Shown piece after piece: positions 9,067 to 19,966 of a DNA stretch of 64,000 nucleotides. The notes under the pieces were generated by a model. It searched no databases. It worked only from the letters and a program-made list of their open reading frames with translations, and was not told the origin of the DNA. The stretch is from the NCBI GenBank assembly GCA_035416665.1, contig DAOLNQ010000007.1:17063-81062 (forward strand), in the 5' to 3' direction. The stretch's first letter is position 1. Every line of letters starts with the position of its first letter. Origin of the DNA: Candidatus Saccharicenans sp. (GTDB taxonomy: Bacteria; Acidobacteriota; Aminicenantia; Aminicenantales; Saccharicenantaceae). The translations under genes were made by a program, and so were the position numbers.

Positions 9067-10971
9067 TTATTGTTTAAATGCAAAGTGTTTTTCTCTGAAG
9101 ACGAGCAAGCAGGCATCAACCACCTCCGGGTCATAAAGCCGTCCCCTATTCTCAACCAGTTCTTTCAGAGCCTGGTCAATGCCCAGTGGCGGCCGGTAGG
9201 GACGGTGAGAAACCATGGCCTCGACCACATCAGCTACCGCCAGAATTCTGGCCTCAAGCAGAATATTCTGGCCTGACAGACCGCGAGGATAGCCAGAGCC
9301 ATTCCATCTTTCGTGGTGCTCATAGATAATTTCGGCCACCGGCCAGGGAAATTCTATGTCTTTGAGAATATTGTAGGCTACCTGGGGATGAACTTTGATA
9401 AAATTAAATTCTATCTCAGTCAGGCTGCTGGGTTTATTGAGGATATCTGCAGGAACATTTATTTTGCCCAGGTCGTGAATGATAGCGGCTGACCTGATGG
9501 CTTCAATCGAGTCTTTGGGCAATCCCATTTCCGTGGCTATGGCCCGGGCTAAATCAGCCACTCGCCGCTGGTGACCGGAAGTGAAGGGATCACGGGCTTC
9601 AACCGTCAAAGCGATGACATTGATGGTGCCGTCCAGAGCTTTACGCAGGTTCTTCATCATCTCCTGATTAAGCTCTTCAGCTTTTTTACGGTCAGTAATG
9701 TCCAGAAGCTGAGCTACTGTCCTCATTTTACCGGCCGCATCCTTAATCACCTCGGAGCTGATTTCCACTCTTCTTTTGGTTTCGTCTTTTCTAACTACGT
9801 TAAATTCATAACGAGGAGGGACTTTTTCTCCTCTCTGCCTTCGGCGATAACGGTCAGCCACCAGTGGCCGGCTTTCTTCATCCAGAAAGTCCCGGAAATC
9901 ATGGCCGGTGATCTCATCGGGGGCATAATCTAACATCCCGCTCAGCTCTCGATTGCAGTAAATGATTCTGTAATTCTCATCAATCAATAAAATCCCATCA
10001 TGGGAATGCTCAACAATAGCCTGGTAGAGACCCTCGCTCTCCCTTAAGGTTTCTTCTGCTTTTTTGCGCTCGGTAATATCCCAGAGGTAAGATCTGGTTC
10101 CAGCTGCCTGCCCACCTTCTTTTATAGCTGCACTGTTGACTTCGACATAAATAATGGAGCCATCTTTCTTCGTTCCTTTAAATTCATACCTGTCCGGCAC
10201 TTTTTTCCCCGCCAAACGTCCCCGGTGATAGGACCTGACTTTCTCCAGGTCATCAGGATGAACCACTGAAAAAATTGATAAGTTTTTTATCTCGTCGGCG
10301 GAATAGCCAAAAAGTTCAGCATACCTCTTATTGGCGTAGATAAAATTTCCCTGCTGATCATCGATGAGAATCGCAATTCCGGCTTTTTCCACCAGGTCCT
10401 TGTAGCGCTCTTCGGTTTTCCTCAGGTCGGCTTCTATCTTCTTATAATCTGTTATATCGAACATGGTGCCATAAACAGCAGTTGGCTTCCCCTGGTCATC
10501 CCGCTCAATCAGGTCATTGACTGCCAGCTGGATTTTTGAACCATCCTTTTTAACCATAATTCTGTCTTTGGCTCTTGGCAAAGACTTTCCAGCTAATTGT
10601 TGCTGAAATCGTTTTTTAGCTTCTGGCCGCTGCTCAGGCAAGATAAAATCGAAAATTGATTTGCCAACCATTTCTTCTTTTCTATAACCAAGCAGCCTGG
10701 CCTCTGTTTGATTTACTTTGGTGATGATTCCTTCCGTGGTCAAAATATGGCAGGCTACGGGAAGATTTTCCCATAAATTCTGGAAAGAGTTTAAAGCCGG
10801 GGCAAAGTATTCCTCTGCTTTGTGGCTTTCATTTCCTTGCTTTTTAATCACTTTCATAAAGGAAGTTCTTTCCTGATTAGAGACCCTTATTAAAAGAGAC
10901 TGGACTGATAACGATATTGTAGTGGAAAGCAAAGTAAAAAGAAATAAAAATATAAAGATGGCCAGCGACAA
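9067..10971 (-). CDS. Membrane-anchored sensor with three PAS/PAC domains and a C-terminal HD-GYP phosphodiesterase domain (c-di-GMP hydrolase type).
   Basis: HDLGKI and HHERWNGSGYP (HD-GYP) motifs. Three PAS-like blocks ending DITDYKK/DITERKK/DITDRKK. Start is TTG at 10971 (uncertain). Confidence 0.85.
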   Translation of the reverse strand: MSLAIFIFLFLFTLLSTTISLSVQSLLIRVSNQERTSFMKVIKKQGNESHKAEEYFAPALNSFQNLWENLPVACHILTTEGIITKVNQTEARLLGYRKEEMVGKSIFDFILPEQRPEAKKRFQQQLAGKSLPRAKDRIMVKKDGSKIQLAVNDLIERDDQGKPTAVYGTMFDITDYKKIEADLRKTEERYKDLVEKAGIAILIDDQQGNFIYANKRYAELFGYSADEIKNLSIFSVVHPDDLEKVRSYHRGRLAGKKVPDRYEFKGTKKDGSIIYVEVNSAAIKEGGQAAGTRSYLWDITERKKAEETLRESEGLYQAIVEHSHDGILLIDENYRIIYCNRELSGMLDYAPDEITGHDFRDFLDEESRPLVADRYRRRQRGEKVPPRYEFNVVRKDETKRRVEISSEVIKDAAGKMRTVAQLLDITDRKKAEELNQEMMKNLRKALDGTINVIALTVEARDPFTSGHQRRVADLARAIATEMGLPKDSIEAIRSAAIIHDLGKINVPADILNKPSSLTEIEFNFIKVHPQVAYNILKDIEFPWPVAEIIYEHHERWNGSGYPRGLSGQNILLEARILAVADVVEAMVSHRPYRPPLGIDQALKELVENRGRLYDPEVVDACLLVFREKHFAFKQ

Positions 10972-11120
10972 AGGCTTAAGTGGTTAGTGGATCCTATAGA
11001 CTTTTTGCCTGATCAGCTGTTGAGTGGCTTACTTAAAATATCTCTATTGCACCAAGAACAGTCAATTATCATTGAATAGGGCTCTTTATCCATAAGGCTA
11101 ATGGGCAGGAAAGTGGTTGA

Positions 11121-11149
11121 TTGCAGTTAGCAGATAAGTAAGTTAATAT
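11121..11149 (+). promoter_or_regulatory. Putative sigma70-like promoter for tRNA-Arg (TTGCAG-17-TAATAT).
   Basis: Hexamers with 17-nt spacing about 20 nt upstream of the tRNA 5' end. Confidence 0.3.
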
Positions 11150-11168
11150 TAGGTTAATATAAAGCCAG

Positions 11169-11242
11169 GCGCCCGTAGCTCAGCTGGATAGAGCGAAGGA
11201 CTTCGAATCCTGAGGTCGGGAGTTCGAATCTCCCCGGGCGCA
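11169..11242 (+). tRNA. tRNA-Arg (anticodon TCG). CCA not encoded.
   Basis: Cloverleaf read manually. The 7-bp acceptor stem GCGCCCG/CGGGCGC pairs fully. D-arm GCTC-AGCTGGATA-GAGC. Anticodon loop CTTCGAA. T-arm GGGAG-TTCGAAT-CTCCC. Confidence 0.85.
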
Positions 11243-11326
11243 TTTTATCCCTCCCTTTTTTGCCCCTGATGTTAACTGATTTGACTTTAGGCGGTGAGGG
11301 CATTAGATTTAAAGCGGGAGGGGAAA

Positions 11327-11794
11327 ATGGATGATTCAACCGCCAGGGAAAATCAACTGAGTCCCTTTTCACGGAAGCTGGTGGAACTGATAGAGAGGGA
11401 TGCACGAGAACTGGCTTTAGCTTATCTCCGTGAAGTTAAGAAAAATCCTAATATGGCGACCTATCAATCGTTTCCAGAAAAGGAGGTTTATGACCGCACC
11501 TATGCGGTCTACAGTCAGCTTGGGCGCTGGATTTCTTACAAACTGGATTCAGAGGAAATGAAAAATCACTGGATAGCCCTGGGCCAGAAAAGGCGGCAAG
11601 AAGGCTTTACACTACCAGAAATATTTCTCTCCCTCTGTCTGGAACGAAAGCAGGTCTGGCATAAGATTCAGTCAGAAGGCCTGCTGGATAACGCTCTTGA
11701 CCTTTATCAGGCTCTGGAACTTTATGACCGGCTGGTAACCTTTTTTGACCGCGCACTTTATTATGCTATTATAGGTTATTATCACCAGGTTTGA
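11327..11794 (+). CDS. Hypothetical protein (about 155 aa) with no recognisable motif.
   Basis: ORF with GGGAGGGG RBS before the ATG at 11327. The ORF-track start at 11294 overlaps the tRNA region. Confidence 0.45.
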   Translation: MDDSTARENQLSPFSRKLVELIERDARELALAYLREVKKNPNMATYQSFPEKEVYDRTYAVYSQLGRWISYKLDSEEMKNHWIALGQKRRQEGFTLPEIFLSLCLERKQVWHKIQSEGLLDNALDLYQALELYDRLVTFFDRALYYAIIGYYHQV

Positions 11795-11842
11795 TCTTAT
11801 CCTTCAACTCAGGCGTTCCTGAATTTGAAATTTCAAGCGCAA

Positions 11843-13018
11843 ATGATAATCACTCCATCTGAACTGGACAAAAAACTCAAATTCAACGAGCAAAGCCTGC
11901 AGGTCGGAGTTTATTTTCACTACCCCTTCTGTCGGAAGAAATGTCCTTATTGCCATTTCTATAGCTATCACGGTGAGAAAAAAGACCATGACCTCTGGTG
12001 GCAGACCGTTCAGAGGGAAATAAACCTGCTGGCCGGCGAAATGGCTGCCAGGATGGAAATTGATACAGTTTATTTTGGTGGTGGAACTCCCTCCAGTCTG
12101 CGGCCGGAAGAAATAGAGCAACTCCTTGCCAGGCTCGGAGAGAATTTCAACTGCAATCTCAAGGAAATAACACTGGAGTTTAACCCTGGAAGTCATACTC
12201 CGAAAATTGCCGGGTTTAAGCAAGCCGGTATAAATCGCCTCAGCCTTGGGGCTCAGTCTTTTTCTGAAAAAATTCTTAAGATACTTGGCCGTCTTCATTC
12301 TGTTGAGGACATTTTTGCCGCCGCCAGTGAAGCCAGAAAAGCCGGTTTTAAAAATCTTAACCTCGACCTGATGATTGGACTTCCCGGAGAAGACGAATCC
12401 ACTTTTGAAGCTAATATCCTTGGAATCAAAGCCATCGGTCCCGAGCATCTATCTGTTTATATGCTGGAAGAACTCGATGAGGTTCCCTTTAAACAGATCT
12501 TGGAACAAAATCCGGTTTCCGAAGACAGGCTGGTTGAAACCTATGAGAGATACCAGAAGACGCTCTCAGAACTTGGTTATAAGCAATATGAGATTTCTAA
12601 TTACTCCCGGCCAGGGTTTTCCTGCCGTCACAACCTTAAATACTGGGAATATCAGCCAGTTATTGGTTTTGGACCTTCAGCTGCCTCGCATCTGGCTTTT
12701 AACCGCTGGCAAAATGTCTCTGATCTGAAACTCTGGGCCGAGGCCATTCTTGAGGGTAAGTTAAATCTGTCTGAACTTCTCATCTTGAGCCCGCAGGCCG
12801 CCTTGAAGGAAAAACTCATGTCCGGCTTGCGCCTGGCAGCTGGGGTTGACTGGGAGCTTATCAAAGAAGAATATCCCGGCCTGGATTTTTTTCCTTATGA
12901 AGAAAGAATCAGGGAACTAAGCGCCGCTGGCTGCTTGGAGATGTCTGGTTCCAAACTCAGGATTCCCTCGGGCCGCTTTCTGGTGACCAATTCTATCCTG
13001 GGTGAACTTTTGTTCTAG
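11843..13018 (+). CDS. hemW: Radical SAM heme chaperone HemW (HemN-like, oxygen-independent coproporphyrinogen-III oxidase family).
   Basis: YFHYPFCRKKCPYCHF (CxxxCxxC) near the N-terminus. HemN-like length. ATG at 11843 (the track's 11825 start is TTG). Confidence 0.8.
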   Translation: MIITPSELDKKLKFNEQSLQVGVYFHYPFCRKKCPYCHFYSYHGEKKDHDLWWQTVQREINLLAGEMAARMEIDTVYFGGGTPSSLRPEEIEQLLARLGENFNCNLKEITLEFNPGSHTPKIAGFKQAGINRLSLGAQSFSEKILKILGRLHSVEDIFAAASEARKAGFKNLNLDLMIGLPGEDESTFEANILGIKAIGPEHLSVYMLEELDEVPFKQILEQNPVSEDRLVETYERYQKTLSELGYKQYEISNYSRPGFSCRHNLKYWEYQPVIGFGPSAASHLAFNRWQNVSDLKLWAEAILEGKLNLSELLILSPQAALKEKLMSGLRLAAGVDWELIKEEYPGLDFFPYEERIRELSAAGCLEMSGSKLRIPSGRFLVTNSILGELLF

Positions 13019-13086
13019 TGGCCGTCTGTTCTTGTCTTTAATCTGTCCCACCGTTAAAATATAAGAAAGATAGAGGTGATAGGAAC

Positions 13087-13527
13087 ATGGAAGATAAAAA
13101 AGTCAAAGTCAGCTGTACCAATTGCGGGCAGACTAATTATTACCCCGAGGGAGCTCAGGAGAAAAAAGTTGTCTGTGGACGCTGCCACCTCCCTCTACCG
13201 GCGCCAGGAGAGGTCGTCGAGGTGGGGCCGGAGCAGGCTCTTAATCTGATATCGAGGTCCAGTCTGCCAGTTCTGGTCGATTTCTTCTCGCCAACCTGTG
13301 GTCCCTGCCAGATGATGGCTCCTGTTCTTGACCGATTGGCTAAAAGGCGGGCCGGAGAAATCATGGTCGTTAAAGTCAATGTTGATAAATATCCTGAGCT
13401 GGCCGCCAGATTAGGCATTCAGGCTGTCCCCACTCTCATTGTTTTTCATCGCGGTACCGAAAGAGGCAGGACTGCCGGGGTTATGCCCGAAACGGATCTG
13501 GCCCTGTGGGTGGCTAAATTAGCCTGA
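13087..13527 (+). CDS. trxC: Thioredoxin with an N-terminal zinc-finger extension (Trx2/TrxC-like).
   Basis: N-terminal CTNCG...CGRCH zinc ribbon. The CGPC active site lies in a thioredoxin-fold sequence. GAGGTGA RBS. Confidence 0.85.
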   Translation: MEDKKVKVSCTNCGQTNYYPEGAQEKKVVCGRCHLPLPAPGEVVEVGPEQALNLISRSSLPVLVDFFSPTCGPCQMMAPVLDRLAKRRAGEIMVVKVNVDKYPELAARLGIQAVPTLIVFHRGTERGRTAGVMPETDLALWVAKLA

Positions 13528-13575
13528 ACAGATTGTTTTGTTTGATTTTCTGTGAAGTCTGACTTTAAGAAGAAA

Positions 13576-13663
13576 TGCCGAAGAGGGGACTCGAACCCCT
13601 ACTCCCATTTTTGCGGGAACTAGCCCCTCAAGCTAGCGTGTCTGCCAATTCCACCACTTCGGC
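13576..13663 (-). tRNA. tRNA-Leu (anticodon GAG) with a long variable arm. CCA not encoded.
   Basis: Reverse complement reads GCCGAAGTGGTGGAATTGGCAGACACGCTAGCTTGAGGGGCTAGT...GGGGTTCGAGTCCCCTCTTCGGCA. Anticodon loop TTGAGGG. Immediately downstream of secG. Confidence 0.8.
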
Positions 13664-13677
13664 ATAAAATTAACCGT

Positions 13678-14079
13678 TCAGTTTTTGGTCTGTTCAGCTG
13701 GCGTCTGGTCCGTCTTTCCCGGTTCTGTCTGAGCGGCTGGTTTATTGGTTTCAGCCGGAGCTGTTTTGCCGGCTGGAGCTTTGTCTTCTGCTTTCTGCTG
13801 GGTTTCGGTAGCCGCCGGTTGAACCGGAATATCTTTGGCCACTGAGGTAATTTTACCGGATAAAATCCATAATCCAATCGAAGTCAGCATAAACAAAACA
13901 GCACAGACCGTCGTAATTTTGCTCAGAATAGTCTGGCTACTCCGTGGTCCAAAAGCTGTCTGGCTGCCGCCTCCACCGAAAGCTCCGGCCAGGTCAGCCG
14001 CCTTGCCCGACTGAAGCAGGACAGCCAGAATCAACACGATACAGATAATTACGTGGACAATAATCAATAAAATAGTCAC
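13678..14079 (-). CDS. secG: Preprotein translocase subunit SecG, with a C-terminal Ala/Pro/Thr-rich tail.
   Basis: LLQSGKAADLAGAFGGGGSQ SecG signature. Position after tpiA. GTG start with GAGGGATAG RBS. Confidence 0.85.
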   Translation of the reverse strand: MTILLIIVHVIICIVLILAVLLQSGKAADLAGAFGGGGSQTAFGPRSSQTILSKITTVCAVLFMLTSIGLWILSGKITSVAKDIPVQPAATETQQKAEDKAPAGKTAPAETNKPAAQTEPGKTDQTPAEQTKN

Positions 14080-14081
14080 TT

Positions 14082-14861
14082 CTATCCCTCGTCTGCCCGG
14101 CAGGCTTCCCTGACCAGGCCCATAAAGGACTCAGCCTGGAGAGAAGCACCACCGACTAAAAATCCATCTACGTCCTTTTCTTTTTTTAAGGAAAGGGCAT
14201 TGGCTGGCTTAACTGAACCGCCGTAGAGGATTATAGCACAGGCTGCTATCTCTTGACCATAGTTCCCGTCAATTAACTGGCGGATGTAACTGTGAACCTC
14301 TTCGGCCTGTTCGGGGGTGGCATTCTGCCCGGTGCCAATGGCCCAGATCGGTTCATAGGCCAGAATGACCTGTCTGAAATCTTCAGCCGGCAAATCAAAC
14401 AGACTATTTTCCAGCTGGCTTTTTATCTTTTTCAGTGTTTCGCCACTTTTCCGTTCTTCCAGATTTTCACCAATGCAGACAATAGGTCTAAGTTCGTGGC
14501 GGAGCGCAGCCAGGACTTTTTTCTTGACCGTTTCATCTGTTTCGCCGAAATACTGTCTTCGCTCTGAATGGCCAACAATAACAATGTCGCAACCTGCTTC
14601 TTTTAATTGACGAGCAGAGATTTCACCGGTGAAAGCCCCTTCTTCTTCCCAGAAAAGGTCCTGACCACCGACCAGAAGGCGGCTGCCGCTGACCGTCTTT
14701 TTAACTTCCTGGATGGCGGTAAAAGGCGGAATAAGAATAAGAGTGCCCTGGCCCAGAGAAGCTACCTGGCTGACAATTTCCGCTGCTAATTGCCTGGCCT
14801 CGCTTATGGTTTTATGCATTTTCCAGTTGCCGGCTATCACCGGTCTGGTCAATTTTTCCAT
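14082..14861 (-). CDS. tpiA: Triosephosphate isomerase.
   Basis: AGNWKMHKT and IVGHSERR motifs. ATG at 14861 with GGAGTGAG RBS (the track start at 14882 is an upstream alternative). Confidence 0.9.
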   Translation of the reverse strand: MEKLTRPVIAGNWKMHKTISEARQLAAEIVSQVASLGQGTLILIPPFTAIQEVKKTVSGSRLLVGGQDLFWEEEGAFTGEISARQLKEAGCDIVIVGHSERRQYFGETDETVKKKVLAALRHELRPIVCIGENLEERKSGETLKKIKSQLENSLFDLPAEDFRQVILAYEPIWAIGTGQNATPEQAEEVHSYIRQLIDGNYGQEIAACAIILYGGSVKPANALSLKKEKDVDGFLVGGASLQAESFMGLVREACRADEG

Positions 14862-14892
14862 CGTTCTCACTCCAAGCTCCATCCGGCAAATA

Positions 14893-16071
14893 TTATTTTA
14901 GAGCTTCAATGCCCGGCAGCGTGCCGTAAGCGATATATTCGAGCGAGGCGCCGCCACCGGTCGAGATATGACTGATGCGATCAGCCACACCGGCCTGGTG
15001 GATAGCCGCAATAGAATCTCCACCGCCCACCACAGAAAAAGCACCTGACTCGGCTACAGCCCTGGCTATTTCCACCGTGCCTCTGGAAAAAGGCTTAATT
15101 TCAAAGATCCCCAGCGGTCCATTCCAGAATATGGTTTTAGCTGATTTAATGTGTTTTTCATATTCAGCGATGGTCTTGGGCCCGATATCAACACCCATGA
15201 GATGCTCAGGCAACGGATAAGAATCAGCTATCAGGGCTATTTCTTGGCTATCAGGAGCAGTGGCCATCACATGGTCAAGAGGAAGGATTAACTTCACACC
15301 GCTATTCTCGGCTTTTTTCATGATATCGGTAGCAATCTGCAACTTGTCCTGTTCAACCATTGATTTACCAACTCCTTTGCCCTGTGCCTGGAGGAAGGTG
15401 TAAGCCATAGCGCCGCCAATGAGTAAAACATCTGCCTTATTAATCAGACTTTCCAGGACCGGAATCTTGTCTTCAATTTTTGCCCCGCCCAGGATAGCGA
15501 CATATGGTTTTTCCGGGTTATGGGTGATCCGGCTGAGATGATCTACTTCTTTTTTGAGCAGAAAACCAGCCGCCTTCTCCGGCAGGTAAGAGGCAATACC
15601 CACAACCGAAGCGTGGGCCCGATGACAGGAGCCAAAAGCGTCATTGACAAAAACCTGGCAGCCTTGGGCCAGCTTTTTAGAAAACTCCGGGTCATTGTCT
15701 GTTTCTTCTTTATAAAACCTGACATTTTCCAGAAGCAGTAGTTCGCCCTCTTTCAGGCTGGCTTTTAGCCGGTCAACTTCCGGTCCGATAACATCGGGAG
15801 CCATAATAATATTGCTTCCGGGCAAAAGCTCGCGCAGCCGCTCAGCCACTGGTTTTAGACTCATTTTGGGATTGAATTGACCCTTGGGTCTCCCCAGATG
15901 AGAAGAAACTACCAGCCGGGCACCCCTTTCCAGCAGATATTTAATGGTCGGCAGAGAAGCCTGAATTCTTGTTTCATCCCGAATCTTGAGGTTCTCATCC
16001 AACGGCACATTGAAATCAACCCGCAGGAAAACCACCTTACCTTTGAAGTCAATATCCTCCAGGAACTTCAT
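14893..16071 (-). CDS. pgk: Phosphoglycerate kinase.
   Basis: VVFLRVDFNVP and LENVRFYKEE PGK signatures. GGAGGG RBS. Confidence 0.95.
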   Translation of the reverse strand: MKFLEDIDFKGKVVFLRVDFNVPLDENLKIRDETRIQASLPTIKYLLERGARLVVSSHLGRPKGQFNPKMSLKPVAERLRELLPGSNIIMAPDVIGPEVDRLKASLKEGELLLLENVRFYKEETDNDPEFSKKLAQGCQVFVNDAFGSCHRAHASVVGIASYLPEKAAGFLLKKEVDHLSRITHNPEKPYVAILGGAKIEDKIPVLESLINKADVLLIGGAMAYTFLQAQGKGVGKSMVEQDKLQIATDIMKKAENSGVKLILPLDHVMATAPDSQEIALIADSYPLPEHLMGVDIGPKTIAEYEKHIKSAKTIFWNGPLGIFEIKPFSRGTVEIARAVAESGAFSVVGGGDSIAAIHQAGVADRISHISTGGGASLEYIAYGTLPGIEALK

Positions 16072-16088
16072 GCTGCCCTCCTTTTGCC

Positions 16089-17153
<1,065 letters not shown>

Positions 17154-17189
17154 TCAAGGTTTAGCGGGACTTAAATTGTCGTAAAATCT

Positions 17190-17219
17190 GTTATCTACGG
17201 TCTGATTTTATGATAGAAT
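17190..17219 (+). promoter_or_regulatory. Putative extended -10 promoter (TGaTAGAAT) upstream of nnr.
   Basis: TG-n-TAGAAT at 17211-17219, about 26 nt upstream of the nnr ATG, with AAGAGG RBS in between. Confidence 0.3.
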
Positions 17220-17244
17220 TTTTTCTCAAGAAAAGAGGTCTAAA

Positions 17245-18825
17245 ATGAAAATTCTAACAGCTGCTCAGATGAGGGAAATTGACCGTCAGGCCATAGAAGA
17301 ACTGGGTTTGCCGGGACTGGTCTTGATGGAAAATGCCGGCCGGGAAGTGGCCAACCTTGTCTTGAATGAGCTTGAAATTGACCTGGATTGGCCGATTCTG
17401 GTTATTGCCGGAAAGGGGAATAATGGGGGAGACGGGTTGGTAGCCGCCCGCCATCTTGTCAATCAGGGAGCTACCTGTGAGGTCCTTCTCCTCGGCCGGC
17501 AGGAAGAGGTCAGAGGTGAAGCCCTGGTCAATCTGGAGATAGCCAGGAAAATTGGTATAAAGATTACAGAGGTTCCGACTGAAACTCTGTGGGATAAAAA
17601 TTGCCATCGGCTGAAGGAGTCAACGGTTATTATCGATGCTATGTTTGGCACAGGCTTGTCAAATCCTTTGACCGGACTGATGGCCCGGGTGGTTGAGGAC
17701 ATAAACAATTCGGGAGCAGTAGTTGTCTCTGTTGATATCCCCTCGGGCCTGTCAGCTGATACTTTCGAAATTATCGGGCCGACAGTCAGGGCTGATTTTA
17801 CCGTGACCATGGCTGCACCCAAAATTGCCCATATTTTTCCGCCAGCTGAAGCTTATGTGGGTGAGCTCTATCTGGCTGATATTGGCGTTCCTCCTTCTCT
17901 TTTTGAGCGGCCGGATTTTTCTCTGGAACTGGTCGAAGTAGAATCTCTTCAGCCCTATTTTGGTCCTCGCTCCAGAGACTCTCACAAGGGGAATTACGGC
18001 CATCTTTTGATTCTGGCCGGCTCTTTGGGCAAAACAGGAGCAGCGGCTATGTCAGGCCAGGCTGCTCTGAAAATGGGTGCTGGCCTGGTCACTGTGGCCA
18101 CGGCCGAAAGCTGCCTGCCGATTGTAGCCAGCATGATGCCTGAACTGATGACCGAACCTCTGCCTGAAACCGCGGCCAGAACTATTTCCAGTCAGGCTCT
18201 CGGGCGGATCCTCGAGCTCGTGGAGGGAAAAGATGCCCTGCTTCTTGGCCCGGGGCTGTCCACCCATCCCGAAACCTCCTCACTGGTTTTGAATTTACTG
18301 GAGCGAATGAAAAATGCTACCATTCCGGTCATCATTGATGCTGATGGACTGAATATCATTTCGACCCGGCTAGAAATTCTATCATCGCTTCCACCAAAAA
18401 CAGTTTTGACTCCTCACCCCGGCGAGTTCTCCAGACTGTCTGGAATTCCAACCGGAGAAGCCCTGCGGCGGCGGCTCCAGGTGGTGCCTGACCTGGCTCG
18501 AAAATACATGATCCATCTCGTATTTAAAGGCTATAAAACGCTGATTGTTTCACCGGAAGGAACAACCTATGTTAACCCAACTGGTAATCCTGGTATGGCT
18601 TCCGGTGGCAGCGGCGATGTGCTGTCAGGTTTTATAGGTTCAGAAGTTATGCAGACAGGAGAGCTTACCCGGGCAGTAATTAATGCTGTTTATGTCCATG
18701 GACTGAGCGGCGATTTAGCTGCAGCTGAAATCGGGGAGAAGCCGCTGACTGCAACTGATATTATTCATTACCTGCCACAAGCTCTCTCTTTTATCGCCAG
18801 AGGTGGGCAGGATGACGAAGATTGA
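17245..18825 (+). CDS. nnr: Bifunctional NAD(P)H-hydrate repair enzyme Nnr (YjeF-N epimerase plus YjeF-C ADP-dependent dehydratase).
   Basis: Both YjeF halves are present (GKGNNGGDG; GPGLS...DADGL...GSGDVLSG). Confidence 0.9.
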   Translation: MKILTAAQMREIDRQAIEELGLPGLVLMENAGREVANLVLNELEIDLDWPILVIAGKGNNGGDGLVAARHLVNQGATCEVLLLGRQEEVRGEALVNLEIARKIGIKITEVPTETLWDKNCHRLKESTVIIDAMFGTGLSNPLTGLMARVVEDINNSGAVVVSVDIPSGLSADTFEIIGPTVRADFTVTMAAPKIAHIFPPAEAYVGELYLADIGVPPSLFERPDFSLELVEVESLQPYFGPRSRDSHKGNYGHLLILAGSLGKTGAAAMSGQAALKMGAGLVTVATAESCLPIVASMMPELMTEPLPETAARTISSQALGRILELVEGKDALLLGPGLSTHPETSSLVLNLLERMKNATIPVIIDADGLNIISTRLEILSSLPPKTVLTPHPGEFSRLSGIPTGEALRRRLQVVPDLARKYMIHLVFKGYKTLIVSPEGTTYVNPTGNPGMASGGSGDVLSGFIGSEVMQTGELTRAVINAVYVHGLSGDLAAAEIGEKPLTATDIIHYLPQALSFIARGGQDDED

Positions 18826-19300
18826 TAGCTGCGATTTAACCTTCCTGGCCCGCTCGGAAGAAGAAACTTTCGAACTGGCCAGAAGACTCGGTCAAAGTCT
18901 TCAAGGGAATGAGGTTATTCTCCTCATTGGAGAACTGGGAGCTGGAAAAACACTGATGGTGGCTGGCCTGGCTGCCGGTCTGGGCGTCGGCGACGATACC
19001 TATGTTTGCAGTCCGTCTTTTACCCTGATCAATATCTATCAAGGGCGCGTGCCTCTTTATCATCTTGATCTTTACCGTTTATCCGACCCGGCAGAAATTG
19101 TTGATCTGGGACTGGAGGACCTGCTGGGGAACGGGGTGGTGGCTATTGAATGGGCAGAAAAATTGCCCTATGAAATTAGAGGGATTAAGGTGATAAAGAT
19201 TTTTATCGAAGTCATAAATGAAGACCAGCGTCGAATAACAATTTCTGGATTGGAGCCCGAATCTGATTTCATCTGCGGTCAGGATCACCGGAAGACCTGA
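18812..19300 (+). CDS. tsaE: tRNA threonylcarbamoyladenosine biosynthesis protein TsaE (YjeE ATPase).
   Basis: GELGAGKTLMVAGL P-loop and SPSFTLINIY motif. ATG at 18812 overlaps the nnr end by 14 nt. GGTGGG RBS. Confidence 0.85.
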   Translation: MTKIDSCDLTFLARSEEETFELARRLGQSLQGNEVILLIGELGAGKTLMVAGLAAGLGVGDDTYVCSPSFTLINIYQGRVPLYHLDLYRLSDPAEIVDLGLEDLLGNGVVAIEWAEKLPYEIRGIKVIKIFIEVINEDQRRITISGLEPESDFICGQDHRKT

Positions 19301-19438
19301 TTGGCCAGACAGAGTGGCCGGATAGAGCCGGATAGAGCCTTGATCAGCTATTCTAGTCTGGTAAAAAATTTTTGGATGAATTAATAAAATATATTAAATT
19401 GATAAGCAGACAATTTCCTAATTGAAAGGATGGGCATC

Positions 19439-19966
19439 ATGTTAGACCTTAAATCAATGATTGTTGACGTTCCTGATTTTCCCAAAAAAGGAGTGATCTT
19501 CAAGGATTTGACGCCGGTTATCCAGGACCGGCAGGCCTTTAATCAAGTGATTGATGAGCTGGCAGAAATAGCCAGGCAGTATTCGCCGGACAGAATTACA
19601 GCTGTCGAGTCGCGTGGTTTTATTTTTGGCGCCGCTCTGGCCCGGGATCTCAAGCTTGGTTTCAGCCTGATCAGGAAAAAAGGCAAGCTTCCCCGGAAAA
19701 CTATTACGATCCTGGCTCCCAATGAATATGCGGTCGAATATTTTGAGGCTCATGTAGACAGCATCAGGCCAGGAGAAAAGGTGATCATCGTTGATGATTT
19801 GATTGCCACCGGCTCTTCTGGTATCAGCGCCATCGAGATAGTGGAGCAACTGGGAGGGCAAGTAGCGGCTTTTGAGTCAGTAGTTGAACTGACTTCGCTC
19901 GAAGGGGTTAAACGTATGAGGGCTGCTCGTCCCGAAGTTCCTGTTTATACCCTGATCAAATTCTGA
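19439..19966 (+). CDS. apt: Adenine phosphoribosyltransferase.
   Basis: DFPKKGVIFKD and VIIVDDLIATGSS PRTase motifs. AAGGA 8 nt before the ATG at 19439. Confidence 0.9.
   Translation: MLDLKSMIVDVPDFPKKGVIFKDLTPVIQDRQAFNQVIDELAEIARQYSPDRITAVESRGFIFGAALARDLKLGFSLIRKKGKLPRKTITILAPNEYAVEYFEAHVDSIRPGEKVIIVDDLIATGSSGISAIEIVEQLGGQVAAFESVVELTSLEGVKRMRAARPEVPVYTLIKF

Noticed and set aside
11100-11300. Possible integrated element at tRNA-Arg, and similarly at tRNA-Leu and tRNA-His.
   Set aside because: No integrase, no direct repeat of the tRNA 3' end, and flanking genes are core housekeeping in conserved order.
11154-11405. 83-aa minus-strand ORF.
   Set aside because: It overlaps the tRNA-Arg gene and its promoter. 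No support.
11804-12448. 214-aa minus-strand ORF.
   Set aside because: It is antisense to hemW, which has strong radical-SAM motifs. It has no motifs of its own.
13620-13877. 85-aa minus-strand ORF.
   Set aside because: It overlaps tRNA-Leu and runs in an alternate frame of secG. Spurious.
19317-19340. Tandem 10-nt direct repeat (gatagagccg / gatagagcct) after tsaE.
   Set aside because: Only two copies in an intergenic spacer and no associated structure. Judged incidental.
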